This document shows, one piece after another, positions 38,038 through 47,095 of a stretch of DNA of 52,734 bases. The notes beneath the pieces were generated by a model. That model did no database searches, was not told where the DNA came from, and saw only the letters and a list, made by a program, of their open reading frames with translations. How positions within the stretch are numbered: position 1 is the stretch's first letter; each line of letters opens with the position of its first letter. The stretch is from contig JAGTQD010000004.1 of assembly GCA_018396405.1 (NCBI GenBank), positions 1-52,734 on the forward strand, read 5' to 3'. The stretch is from Candidatus Bathyarchaeota archaeon (lineage in GTDB: Archaea; Thermoproteota; Bathyarchaeia; Bathyarchaeales; DTEX01). The translations under genes and the position numbers were made by a program.

Positions 38038-38094
38038 ATGATGAAAAGTCTCCCTAAGAGACACTTAGGGACTTTGAGAGCTTAAATGCTCTGA
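38038..38094 (+). ncRNA. Candidate box C/D sRNA
   Basis: Intergenic ATGATGA (38038-38044) and CTGA (38091-38094), 57 nt in total, with an internal hairpin. Confidence 0.4.
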
Positions 38095-38310
38095 CCTAAT
38101 ATCTCTTATATAGGTAAAGTCATGTCATTATTAATCCATTCCTGGGCAGACCCATTACACATCACACATTCAACGTTGATGTATTCAATCTTAAAGCTAT
38201 TTTTAGGTTTTAACATTATTACCCACAAGATATTTTATAGTTCAGAGTTCCTGGATCCATAAACGTTTTATAGATTTTGATGGAAAGTACTTTGAGAAGA
38301 GGAGGAAACC

Positions 38311-39459
38311 TTGTCCATATTATTTTTTGGGGTTCCTTTAGATCCAGATGATAGAGAAGAAAGATGCTTGATTAAGCGCGCGTACATTTATGCCCTTATT
38401 AGGGGGCATGTTCCAACGCCAAATTTTCTTACGCCCTATGAAGCGCTTATGCATTATTTGCAGGAGATATTTGTAGATCCAAAATTTGTTAAGCTAGGTG
38501 AGATTCCTGTGGAGTCGTGGCTTAGGCCGAAGCCTAGTTTCAGAGATCTCTCAATGATAAACCCAGATACGTTCTCCGCCTTTCTAGCTGCTGACTGCTG
38601 TAGAGATTATGCTGAGATGGTTAATATATTCGTTAGAAGAAAAGTTCTCCCAAATAAATTTGTAATGATAGGGGTTGACCACTCTTCGACTGGAGGATGC
38701 TTAAAAGCTCTTACAAGTTTTTATGGTGTAGAGAAGATTGGTGTAATCATCCTTGATTCTCACTTTGACGCTTTTCATGCAAAGCTTGGAAAAAGTCTAT
38801 TCACGTACATTAAAGAGCACGGCATCCCCGCGTTTATGCCTCATACTAATAATTTTGAGGGGCTTCTAGAATTAGATGCCCCTGAAACTTACAATAGCGG
38901 AAGCTTCCTTCGTTATTTATTGGAGGAAAGAGTAATTCTTCCTGAAAATGTCATAGTAATTGGGGTGGCAGATTACCCAAGTAAGGGGCTTGAGGAAATA
39001 GAGGATGAACGTGTGAAAAAGTGGGTTAGTGAATATAGGCGGTTTGAAAGAGAGGGCGTACTCATTCTACCGCGCACAAGATTGAAAAGAGAAGGAATGA
39101 ATCCCTTAAAGATGGCTTTAAATAGCTTAAGGACGCCCTTTATCTACATATCTTTAGATATAGACGTGATGTCCTTTAGAGAGGTTTACGCCGCCAGAAT
39201 ATTGAACACTATAGGATTAGATCCGAATGAAGTCTATGAAATACTTGAAATAATTAAGAAATATATTATTAAGAAAGGAATTGAACTGGTTGGTTTTGAT
39301 CTTATGGAGATTGATGTTCATGCAGCTAACGCCCATCTAAAAAATGGGATAGTTGATAGAACATATGATATATCAAAAGTCGTCATAAGAAAGATAATAG
39401 ATGGCATGATTAATGGTTCCTTTGATGAAGCTACTGGGAACGTTTACCAAAAATTTTAA
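38311..39459 (+). CDS. Arginase/ureohydrolase-family metallohydrolase
   Basis: GVDHS, DSHFD and SLDIDV supply the metal ligands. Has an insertion after DxHxD. Confidence 0.85.
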   Translation: MSILFFGVPLDPDDREERCLIKRAYIYALIRGHVPTPNFLTPYEALMHYLQEIFVDPKFVKLGEIPVESWLRPKPSFRDLSMINPDTFSAFLAADCCRDYAEMVNIFVRRKVLPNKFVMIGVDHSSTGGCLKALTSFYGVEKIGVIILDSHFDAFHAKLGKSLFTYIKEHGIPAFMPHTNNFEGLLELDAPETYNSGSFLRYLLEERVILPENVIVIGVADYPSKGLEEIEDERVKKWVSEYRRFEREGVLILPRTRLKREGMNPLKMALNSLRTPFIYISLDIDVMSFREVYAARILNTIGLDPNEVYEILEIIKKYIIKKGIELVGFDLMEIDVHAANAHLKNGIVDRTYDISKVVIRKIIDGMINGSFDEATGNVYQKF

Positions 39460-39496
39460 AAAGGCCATTTTGTAAAAGCTTGATTGGTGATTTTGT

Positions 39497-40129
39497 TTGT
39501 CTTTAGAGGATCTTGTTGAGGCATTCATTAACCTCGAGGAGGAGAAGGTTCTTAAAAATGTTGAGAGTCTAGTTAAGATGGGTAAAAATCCATATGAAAT
39601 CCTTGAAGCATGTAGAAGAGCGGCAGAAGTTGTAGGCGAAAGGTTCGAGAGAGGCGAATATTTCCTTTCCGAGCTCGTTTATGCTGGTGAAATATTCAAC
39701 AATGTTATGAAAATTGTTCTCCCACTAATTAAGAGGGAGATTAAGCCACTAGGCACGATACTTTTAGGTACAGTCCAAGGAGATGTACATGATATAGGTA
39801 AAAATATTTTTAAGGCCTTTGCAGAGGCTGCCGGGTTTAAAGTTATAGATATCGGTGTAGATACTCCGCCGGAGAAATTTGTGGAGGCTGTTAAAATATA
39901 TAAGCCTGATATTGTCGGCATGAGTGGACTACTAACAATAGCTTATGACGCGATGAAGAGGACTGTTGAGGCCCTGAAAGAGGCAGGTTTAAGGGATAAA
40001 GTGAAGGTGATAATTGGAGGGGGTAGAGTGGACGAGAATATAAAAAGGTATACTGGGGCAGATGAGTGGGCTGATAATGCAATAGTAGGTGTAAAAAAGT
40101 GTAAGCAGATGCTAGGGCTTGGGGGATGA
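39497..40129 (+). CDS. Corrinoid methyl-carrier protein
   Basis: GEYFLSEL cap, GDVHDIGKN, SGLL and IIGGG. Confidence 0.93.
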   Translation: MSLEDLVEAFINLEEEKVLKNVESLVKMGKNPYEILEACRRAAEVVGERFERGEYFLSELVYAGEIFNNVMKIVLPLIKREIKPLGTILLGTVQGDVHDIGKNIFKAFAEAAGFKVIDIGVDTPPEKFVEAVKIYKPDIVGMSGLLTIAYDAMKRTVEALKEAGLRDKVKVIIGGGRVDENIKRYTGADEWADNAIVGVKKCKQMLGLGG

Positions 40130-40135
40130 GATGCC

Positions 40136-41380
40136 ATGAGAGTCGTAAAGGAGTCTAAACCAAAAACTCCTGAGGAAGCCTTAACAGAGAGAAGAGAGAG
40201 AATAGAAAAGGCCGTAGAACTAAAAGAGCCAGATAAAGTGCCCTTAATATTATCTTCTTGTGGTGATCTCTTACGTAAATATATTACTGGTCACGACCTT
40301 TACTTTAACTATGAGAAAGCCCGTGAAGCAGTTATAAAATTTGTTAAAGACTACCAGGTAGATATGTTTTTACCAGTTTTAGGAGCTGAGGGCTTCATAT
40401 TCGCCTTAGCCTTCGCTGAGTACCCGGATATAGCGCCAGCCGTTAGATTCTGGTCCGGACCCATGCACGACATCCTTAAAGATAAGTTCACGAAGTGGCC
40501 TGGTAGGGAACTCCCAGAGGACAGTATTTTCCAGTTCATTGGCGGACAATTTATGGACATTAAAGAATATGCCAAATTCTCTGAGGATCCGATAGCTTTC
40601 GTAAATGAGGTTATTCTCCCTAGGTCATGTATAAACTTAGAGAAGATTGGATCGCCGAAAGCCAATGCCGCATTAATTAGGCTTGGATCCGAGGCATCTA
40701 AGGCTCTCAAATTCTTAGTAGATGTTACTGTGGATTTAGCTAATGTTGGAATGCCCTCATTGCCCCTAACATCTGCTTATGCCCCACTAGATTATATAGG
40801 AGACTTTCTTAGAACCCCCGTGGGAGTCCTTTTAGACATAAGGAGATACCCAGATGAAGTTAAACGCGCTTGTGAAGCGCTTGTTGAGCCAATAATTAAG
40901 GTTGCGTTGGCTCTAAAACCAGCCGGAGCAAAATATGCATTTATACCATTACACCTCAACGAGTATTTATCTCCTAAGCTGTATAACGAATTTTATTGGC
41001 CGACACTTAAAAAAATTATAATAACTCTATATGAACAGGGAATAAAATCATTTGTGTTTTTCGAGGGATGGCACGACGCCCATCTTGAAACAATATTGGA
41101 TCTACCTAAAGGTTGGGGGGTAGCATTGTTCGAGAAGACTGATGTAAGGAAAGCCAAAAAAGTTTTAGCTGGACATACTTGCGTAATGGGTGGGATCCCA
41201 TCATCACTATTACTTGAGGCATCACCAGACAAAATCAAGGAATATATAAAGAATCTCTTGAAGGAAGTGAAGGTTGGTGGAGGGTTTATATTAGCAAACA
41301 GTGTTGAAATTCCAAAAGATGTTCCCTCAGAGAATTTAAGAGCGCTAATAGAGGTCGTGGAAGAAGAGGGAAGATATTAG
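40136..41380 (+). CDS. UroD-fold substrate:corrinoid methyltransferase, O-demethylase MT1-like
   Basis: EPDKVP, PLDYIGDFLR, FIPLH, FYWPTLK, FFEG and FE. Directly follows the corrinoid gene. Confidence 0.8.
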   Translation: MRVVKESKPKTPEEALTERRERIEKAVELKEPDKVPLILSSCGDLLRKYITGHDLYFNYEKAREAVIKFVKDYQVDMFLPVLGAEGFIFALAFAEYPDIAPAVRFWSGPMHDILKDKFTKWPGRELPEDSIFQFIGGQFMDIKEYAKFSEDPIAFVNEVILPRSCINLEKIGSPKANAALIRLGSEASKALKFLVDVTVDLANVGMPSLPLTSAYAPLDYIGDFLRTPVGVLLDIRRYPDEVKRACEALVEPIIKVALALKPAGAKYAFIPLHLNEYLSPKLYNEFYWPTLKKIIITLYEQGIKSFVFFEGWHDAHLETILDLPKGWGVALFEKTDVRKAKKVLAGHTCVMGGIPSSLLLEASPDKIKEYIKNLLKEVKVGGGFILANSVEIPKDVPSENLRALIEVVEEEGRY

Positions 41381-41609
41381 CAGGCAATATAATGTTACTC
41401 AAAACACTTCAATAATTAATACCTCAATTGCGATCAGAAAGTAGAACCGATATAAACGAAGCATATAGAGTTAATGATTAATTTTTTAGACTTTTAAAAG
41501 GCGAATAAATATTAAATGGGAATATTCGCCCGGAATTCGACCCATTCATCGCTTTTAGGCTAATTAGAGGATAAAGTACATTAAAAAGAAAAGATGATTG
41601 CGTTTTCAG

Positions 41610-42392
41610 TCATATACCTTTGAATTTTGGTCTTCTTTTCTCTAGGAAGGCAGTTACTCCCTCTTTAAAGTCTTCTGTCGCGGAGATTAAGGCTATAAGC
41701 GCAGCCTCATATGCCAGTCCAGTTCTTATATCCAAGTTGAGACTTGAATTAACTAGTAGCTTAGCGAGAGCCAACGCAAGTGGTGGTTTACCTATGAGCT
41801 CTTTAGCAAATTCCTCAGCAGTTGTCATAAGCTTGTCTAATGGTACAACTTTATTGACGAGGCCTATAGACTCCGCAGTCTTCGCGTCAATCATTTTACC
41901 AGTAAAAATGAGTTCTTTAGCAATTGCTTTACCGACTAGTCTGGGTAAACGTTGGGTGCCACCGCCACCAGGGAAGAAGCCTAGATTTATTTCTGGTTGA
42001 CCAAGCATTGCGTTTTCTGAGGCTATACGCATATCGCATGCTAATGCTATTTCCAGTCCTCCTCCCAGAGCGTAGCCATTAACTGCCGCTATAGTGGGCT
42101 TACTCCCCTCCTCCAGAGATAGCGTCAGCTCATGTAGTAACCTAACAATCTTGAACATTTTTATTGGATTTGCGTCTTTAATGAATTTAAGGTCTAGCCC
42201 TGCACAAAATGACCTGTCCCCAGCCCCAGTAACTATTATAGTCTTAATATTATCGTCTCTGTTTGCATCATTTACCTCAAAGAGAAGCTCCTGGATTGTC
42301 TCCTCATTTATGGCGTTAAGCACCTCTGGGCGGTTTATGGTTATGACGGCTATATGGTCTCTCTTTTCATAAATCGTGTTCTTAAGCTCCAT
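41610..42392 (-). CDS. crt: Enoyl-CoA hydratase (crotonase)
   Basis: INRPEVLNA, FCAGLD, GGGLE, QPE and GGTQRLPR. Confidence 0.9.
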   Translation of the reverse strand: MELKNTIYEKRDHIAVITINRPEVLNAINEETIQELLFEVNDANRDDNIKTIIVTGAGDRSFCAGLDLKFIKDANPIKMFKIVRLLHELTLSLEEGSKPTIAAVNGYALGGGLEIALACDMRIASENAMLGQPEINLGFFPGGGGTQRLPRLVGKAIAKELIFTGKMIDAKTAESIGLVNKVVPLDKLMTTAEEFAKELIGKPPLALALAKLLVNSSLNLDIRTGLAYEAALIALISATEDFKEGVTAFLEKRRPKFKGI

Positions 42393-42402
42393 GCAATGTC
42401 CC

Positions 42403-43281
42403 CTAAGCGGGTTGAGGCCACTCATAGAAGCCTCTGCCAGTTTTCCTGCCAAGAAAACCAGCCCTAACCATCTGCTTTAAGATTTGATTTGGCTTGAACC
42501 TTGGACCTAATTCTTTTTCTAAGACTTCAAGTATTGCTAGAGCCGTATCTAGGCCGATGTAATCAAGCAGCTTTAATGGCCCCATAGGCCAATTTAATCC
42601 AAGCTCGCATGCCTTATCTATATCATCTCTCTCAGCAATTCCCTCCCAGAAAAGATTTAGAGCCTCATTTAACGCTGCCATAAGTATCCTGTTAACTATG
42701 AAGCCAGCGCAATCCTTCTTAACGATCACTGGCTCCTTTCCCATTTTTCTAGCGACCTCAGCAACAATATTTATTGTTTCATCAGATGTCCTCGCGCCTT
42801 TAATTATCTCCACGAGCTTCATTAATTGCGGTGGATTAAAGAAGTGCATCCCGCAGAACCTTTCTGGCTTACTTATCAATGAAGCTAGCTCCGTTATGCT
42901 TATTGAGGAAGTGTTTGTCGTGATTATAGATTCAGGTTTAGCTGCTTTGCTAATCTGTAAAAGCACATTTTTCTTCGACTCTATATCTTCAGCAATAGTC
43001 TCAATTATTAAATCCACGTCTGAAACTGCTCTCTCTAAATCTGAGAGTGGCATAGTGTGTATTCTCCCTAGAGTCTCCTTAACTTGGTCTTCTGTCAACA
43101 AGCCCTTTTTATGGAATTTCTGTAGGCTATCCTTTATCATTCCCATCGCTTTCTCGAGGGTTGATAAACTTCTACTTAACATTACTACGTCAAACTTTGC
43201 TACCTGAGCGGCTACTTGCGCTATGCCGTGACCCATTACGCCAGCTCCAATAACAGCTACTTTTTTAATCTCCAAACTCAA
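42403..43281 (-). CDS. hbd: 3-hydroxyacyl-CoA dehydrogenase
   Basis: GAGVMG, NTSS, HFFNP, GFIVNR and GLD. Confidence 0.92.
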   Translation of the reverse strand: MSLEIKKVAVIGAGVMGHGIAQVAAQVAKFDVVMLSRSLSTLEKAMGMIKDSLQKFHKKGLLTEDQVKETLGRIHTMPLSDLERAVSDVDLIIETIAEDIESKKNVLLQISKAAKPESIITTNTSSISITELASLISKPERFCGMHFFNPPQLMKLVEIIKGARTSDETINIVAEVARKMGKEPVIVKKDCAGFIVNRILMAALNEALNLFWEGIAERDDIDKACELGLNWPMGPLKLLDYIGLDTALAILEVLEKELGPRFKPNQILKQMVRAGFLGRKTGRGFYEWPQPA

Positions 43282-43375
43282 ATCCTCCCCAAATTTTCTC
43301 TTGTCTCACCATATATTGTGTTCCCCTAATAAGGCTTATCAAAATACATTCCATTACACTTTAATGTGTGCATCT

Positions 43376-43729
43376 TTAACTTTTAGAGTAACCAGCAATG
43401 ACTAGCATTGTAGCTGGCGTATTTGTCTTGTTTATTAGAGCGCGCTTCTCACCAGCGGGTATATATATGGAGACCAGCGGCTTCAAAGTTATCTCCTCTC
43501 CCTTCTCAGTTATAACCGTCATCTCTCCAGAGACCATTACGTAAACTCTCTCAAAGTTAGCTGCGGACATTTCAGCGCCACCCCCAGGTAAAAAGTGGGA
43601 TAACCCGACCCAGAAACTCTCTACACCAGTTGTCTCCTTGTGCTGTAAGCGTAAGGCAACCATCTTAAAGTGCCCTGCCGCCTCATAAGGCTTAGCATCC
43701 TTTAACTCCACTTTTTTCATTCCACTCAC
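43376..43729 (-). CDS. Cupin-domain protein
   Basis: SHFLPGGG...ERVY.MVSGE and YIPAGEKR. Lacks the usual metal-binding His residues. Confidence 0.8.
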   Translation of the reverse strand: MSGMKKVELKDAKPYEAAGHFKMVALRLQHKETTGVESFWVGLSHFLPGGGAEMSAANFERVYVMVSGEMTVITEKGEEITLKPLVSIYIPAGEKRALINKTNTPATMLVIAGYSKS

Positions 43730-43944
43730 CTCTGAACATTTCCATCTAAATTAAACTTACTTAATTAATATTTTTGGTTCTTTGAGAAATTTTGTCATGG
43801 GCAAGCCAAAATTTCATTCTAACACAGAAACGAGCTTGGCTTGAAAACATTCTTTGGGAAAACTATAATAGTTTTTGACTAGATTTCTAAGTCGTGGATA
43901 ATCTTTCATTAATGTTAAATAGATCTATGGGGTAGGGTAAAGTT

Positions 43945-44901
43945 ATGTTTTATAAGAAAGGGATTGTTAGGGACTATAAGCTCCAGGAAGGTATGACTAT
44001 AGATGATCTTATAGAGCAGATGAGAGAGGCATGGGGCTTCACCGCTGGAAAAATCGTGGCTGGAATAGACATATTAGTGGAGATGATTCTCGATAAAGAG
44101 TGCCTGAAATTCCTTTCTTTTCCAGCATGTATTGTAGCTACTGGGGCTAGAGGTGTTCTTATTGAAATTGTTAAGCGCCGCCTAGTAGACGTGATTGTGA
44201 CAACCTGTGGAACACTTGATCATGATTTAGCAAGGAGTTGGAGAGATTACTATCACGGATCATTTGATATGGATGATGTGGAGCTCCATAAAATGGGGAT
44301 AAACAGGCTTGGAAATATACTGATACCAAACGAGAGCTATGGCCTAATAATTGAGGAGAAAATGCATGAACTTCTAACAGACTTGTGGAATAATGGCGTT
44401 AGAGAGATTTCGACAAAAGATCTTTGTCGGGCAATAGGATCAAAAGTATGCAGGGAGGATTCAATACTTTATTGGGCAGCGAAAAATAATATACCAGTCT
44501 ATGTCCCCGGAATTACTGATGGGGCTGTAGGCTATCAAATGTGGCTATTCTCCCAAGATCACAAAATAAAGATTGATGTCCTTAAAGATGAGCAGGAACT
44601 CAACGATCTAATATTCAGTGCAAAGCGCACTGGCGCGCTTATAATAGGCGGAGGTATTTCAAAGCACCATGTAATATGGTGGAACCAATTTAGAGGCGGA
44701 TTGGACTATGCCGTCTATATAACCACCGCGGTTGAGTGGGATGGAAGTCTCTCTGGAGCAAGGGTTCGCGAAGCTATCTCTTGGGGGAAAGTTAAGGAGA
44801 CGGCAAAACATGTAACTATTGAGGGGGATGCAACAGTAATACTTCCATTAATGGTGGCTGCGCTAATATCAAGAGTGCCCAGGCAGGATACTAAGCGATA
44901 A
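43945..44901 (+). CDS. dys: Deoxyhypusine synthase
   Basis: NRLGN, GGGISKH, DGSLSGA and EAISWGK. Confidence 0.96.
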   Translation: MFYKKGIVRDYKLQEGMTIDDLIEQMREAWGFTAGKIVAGIDILVEMILDKECLKFLSFPACIVATGARGVLIEIVKRRLVDVIVTTCGTLDHDLARSWRDYYHGSFDMDDVELHKMGINRLGNILIPNESYGLIIEEKMHELLTDLWNNGVREISTKDLCRAIGSKVCREDSILYWAAKNNIPVYVPGITDGAVGYQMWLFSQDHKIKIDVLKDEQELNDLIFSAKRTGALIIGGGISKHHVIWWNQFRGGLDYAVYITTAVEWDGSLSGARVREAISWGKVKETAKHVTIEGDATVILPLMVAALISRVPRQDTKR

Positions 44902-44909
44902 TTACACTT

Positions 44910-45419
44910 TTAGCCTCTTATCTGCTTTCTTACGCTCGCATCCTCAAGTAACATTTCAACAACCCATCTAGCGACCTTACCAGCAACATCAGTACATTTA
45001 TCTCTATGCCCGCCCATCTCCTCAAACTTCTTGTGATCTTCTGGATCCCATAAATTAAATGATCTCCCAAAAATTTTTGTCTGGACATCTTTACAGATAC
45101 AGCTACCAAACTCCTTAACGAACTTGTCATGAAGCTCCTTTGCCTTGGCATATGATTTAAGAAACCTTCCCTTTCCCATATCCTCTAGACTTCTGCCGTA
45201 AAAAATGCCGAGTGCTATAACCCCACCTGTAAGAGCCCCGCAAGTTCCGTTTCCGCTAAGCCCTAAGCCTCCAGCTAATGCATGCGCCGACTTAATTATG
45301 TTTTCTATCCCCTTAAGGTTAAATACCTCATATATCGCCCTCAGGACGGCTTGCGGACAGCTTCCATACTCAGCCTCATACTTAAAAGCTAAGTTATAGG
45401 CTCTTTCAGCCTCACTCAT
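44910..45419 (-). CDS. C_GCAxxG_C_C family putative redox protein
   Basis: CPQA, TCGALTG, SCIC and KC. Confidence 0.88.
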   Translation of the reverse strand: MSEAERAYNLAFKYEAEYGSCPQAVLRAIYEVFNLKGIENIIKSAHALAGGLGLSGNGTCGALTGGVIALGIFYGRSLEDMGKGRFLKSYAKAKELHDKFVKEFGSCICKDVQTKIFGRSFNLWDPEDHKKFEEMGGHRDKCTDVAGKVARWVVEMLLEDASVRKQIRG

Positions 45420-45476
45420 ACCTTATCACCAAAAATTTATAACATTATTAAAGGCAATTTAATTCTTGCGTGAAAA

Positions 45477-46478
45477 ATGGCTAAAAAGGAGATAGATGAT
45501 CTGAAGGATAATATTGAGAGGACAAGGGAATTAAGCTGGAAGTATTTTGGCAAGGTAATACATTTTTATGTACCTGGCTTCACATACTATCATAATAAGT
45601 ATTTTAAGTCCTCAGCAACAATTTTCCCATCAATATCAATTACTGGCTCCTCCTGCTGCCTAAGGTGTGATCATTGTGGCGGCATAATCCTTAAAACAAT
45701 GATTCCAGCCACGACCCCGAGTAAACTGATAGAGGTCTGCTCAGACTTGAGAAGCCGCGGCGCGATTGGCTGTCTTATAAGTGGGGGTTGTTTGCCAGAT
45801 GGATCAGTGCCGATAGAGAGATTTATAGACGCTATATCAGAGGTCAAAAGAAGATTTGGTCTAACCATCGTCGTTCATACTGGATTAATAAATTTTGAGA
45901 CGGCTAAAAGGCTTAAGGAAGCTGGTGTCGACGCGGTCTCGGTTGACATAATAGGTTCTAATGAAACTATAAGGGAGATCTATCACCTTAATTGTGGCGT
46001 AGAAAAATATGCTGAGACGCTTGAGGCATTAAAGAGAGCTGGGATACCATTTACACCACATATCCTTGTAGGTTTGCATCATGGAGCTATTAAAGGCGAG
46101 TTTGAAGCATTAAAGATGATCGCGAAATATGATCCATCAGCCCTAATACTTATAATCTTCTTTCCAATCAGGGGCACAAAGATGGAGTTTGTTAAGCCGC
46201 CTCCGCCAGAAGCCGCGATAGAAATTCTCCTAAGGGCAAGATCTATGATGCCAAGAGTTCCAATAGCTCTCGGTTGCGCAAGACCCAAGGGTAAGCATAG
46301 GGTTGAGACAGATCTATTGGCGATTGAGGCGGGCGTTAACGCAATAGCTTTCCCAAGCCTAGAAGCTATAGAAAAGGCGAAGAGTTTAGGTCTAAGAATG
46401 AGGTTTTCGCAGGTCTGCTGCTCTCAAATTTATAGAGATGCTGTCCCTGAAGGCTCAAACTCTAATAAACCCTCTTAA
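45477..46478 (+). CDS. Radical SAM protein, archaeal-type lipoyl synthase subunit LipS1-like
   Basis: ISITG..CCLRCDHC, plus LGCARP and a C-terminal CC motif. Confidence 0.75.
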   Translation: MAKKEIDDLKDNIERTRELSWKYFGKVIHFYVPGFTYYHNKYFKSSATIFPSISITGSSCCLRCDHCGGIILKTMIPATTPSKLIEVCSDLRSRGAIGCLISGGCLPDGSVPIERFIDAISEVKRRFGLTIVVHTGLINFETAKRLKEAGVDAVSVDIIGSNETIREIYHLNCGVEKYAETLEALKRAGIPFTPHILVGLHHGAIKGEFEALKMIAKYDPSALILIIFFPIRGTKMEFVKPPPPEAAIEILLRARSMMPRVPIALGCARPKGKHRVETDLLAIEAGVNAIAFPSLEAIEKAKSLGLRMRFSQVCCSQIYRDAVPEGSNSNKPS

Positions 46479-46986
46479 GGGAATTTTCTACAGAGACTTT
46501 CTCCCCAATTTTATAAAAGATTTTTCCAGAGTAGTGAAGAATTGGCTTAAAGTCTATTTGACTTACATGTTCTTCAACAACTCTGCCGACAATGATATAG
46601 TGATCACCAAACCTCTCCATGAACTCAACAATGCATTCAAGGTTGACCGGACAGCTTTTTATCCTAGGTGGGAGAACCTTTAAACTCTTTTCGGTTTCAA
46701 GTCCAGAGAGGGCAAATTTATTGAAATCTCTGCCCGATTTAGTCCCGCATATCCACACTTCCTTAAGCATCTCCTCGCTTGGGATATTCACAACGAACTC
46801 TTTAACTTCATTAAGGTTCTTAAATGTGTGTCTTTCGGGCGCTACTGAGAAGGCTATATACTTTGGTTCAAAACTAACAGGCATTAGAAAGGAAAATGAA
46901 GCAACATTGGTTCTTCCGCTTCTATCACAAGTTGTTATGAGGGCTACTACTCGAGGAAATATAAGCCTACTAATAACCTCAACCAT
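46462..46986 (-). CDS. Flavin reductase-like (flavoredoxin) protein
   Basis: FVVNIP, GTKSGR..K, LEC and GDH. Confidence 0.88.
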   Translation of the reverse strand: MVEVISRLIFPRVVALITTCDRSGRTNVASFSFLMPVSFEPKYIAFSVAPERHTFKNLNEVKEFVVNIPSEEMLKEVWICGTKSGRDFNKFALSGLETEKSLKVLPPRIKSCPVNLECIVEFMERFGDHYIIVGRVVEEHVSQIDFKPILHYSGKIFYKIGEKVSVENSLKRVY

Positions 46987-47095
46987 ACATTAGAGATAAA
47001 TTAATTCGACATTTAAACCTTGCTTATCAGATTCTGGGAGAAAAATCGAAATTTAGAAATACTTTTCTTGAAATAAAATTAGATTTAGGATTAAT

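Noticed and set aside
37970-38310. Cobalamin or fluoride riboswitch upstream of the corrinoid cluster
   Set aside because: The conserved B12-box and fluoride consensus elements were not found.
7482-41380. Pyrrolysine/selenocysteine readthrough or inteins
   Set aside because: The methyltransferases are full-length UroD-fold proteins with no in-frame stops. PolB, RadA, Cdc6 and TopA, checked across the window, show no intein-sized insertions.
41500-41545. GCGAATA/TATTCGC inverted repeat and tRNA-like CCCGGAATTCGACCC
   Set aside because: Too short and no cloverleaf. At most a terminator-like hairpin between convergent genes.
43802-43843. CAAGCCAA/TTGGCTTG inverted repeat between the cupin gene and dys
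   Set aside because: 8-bp arms, long spacer and single occurrence; could be chance.
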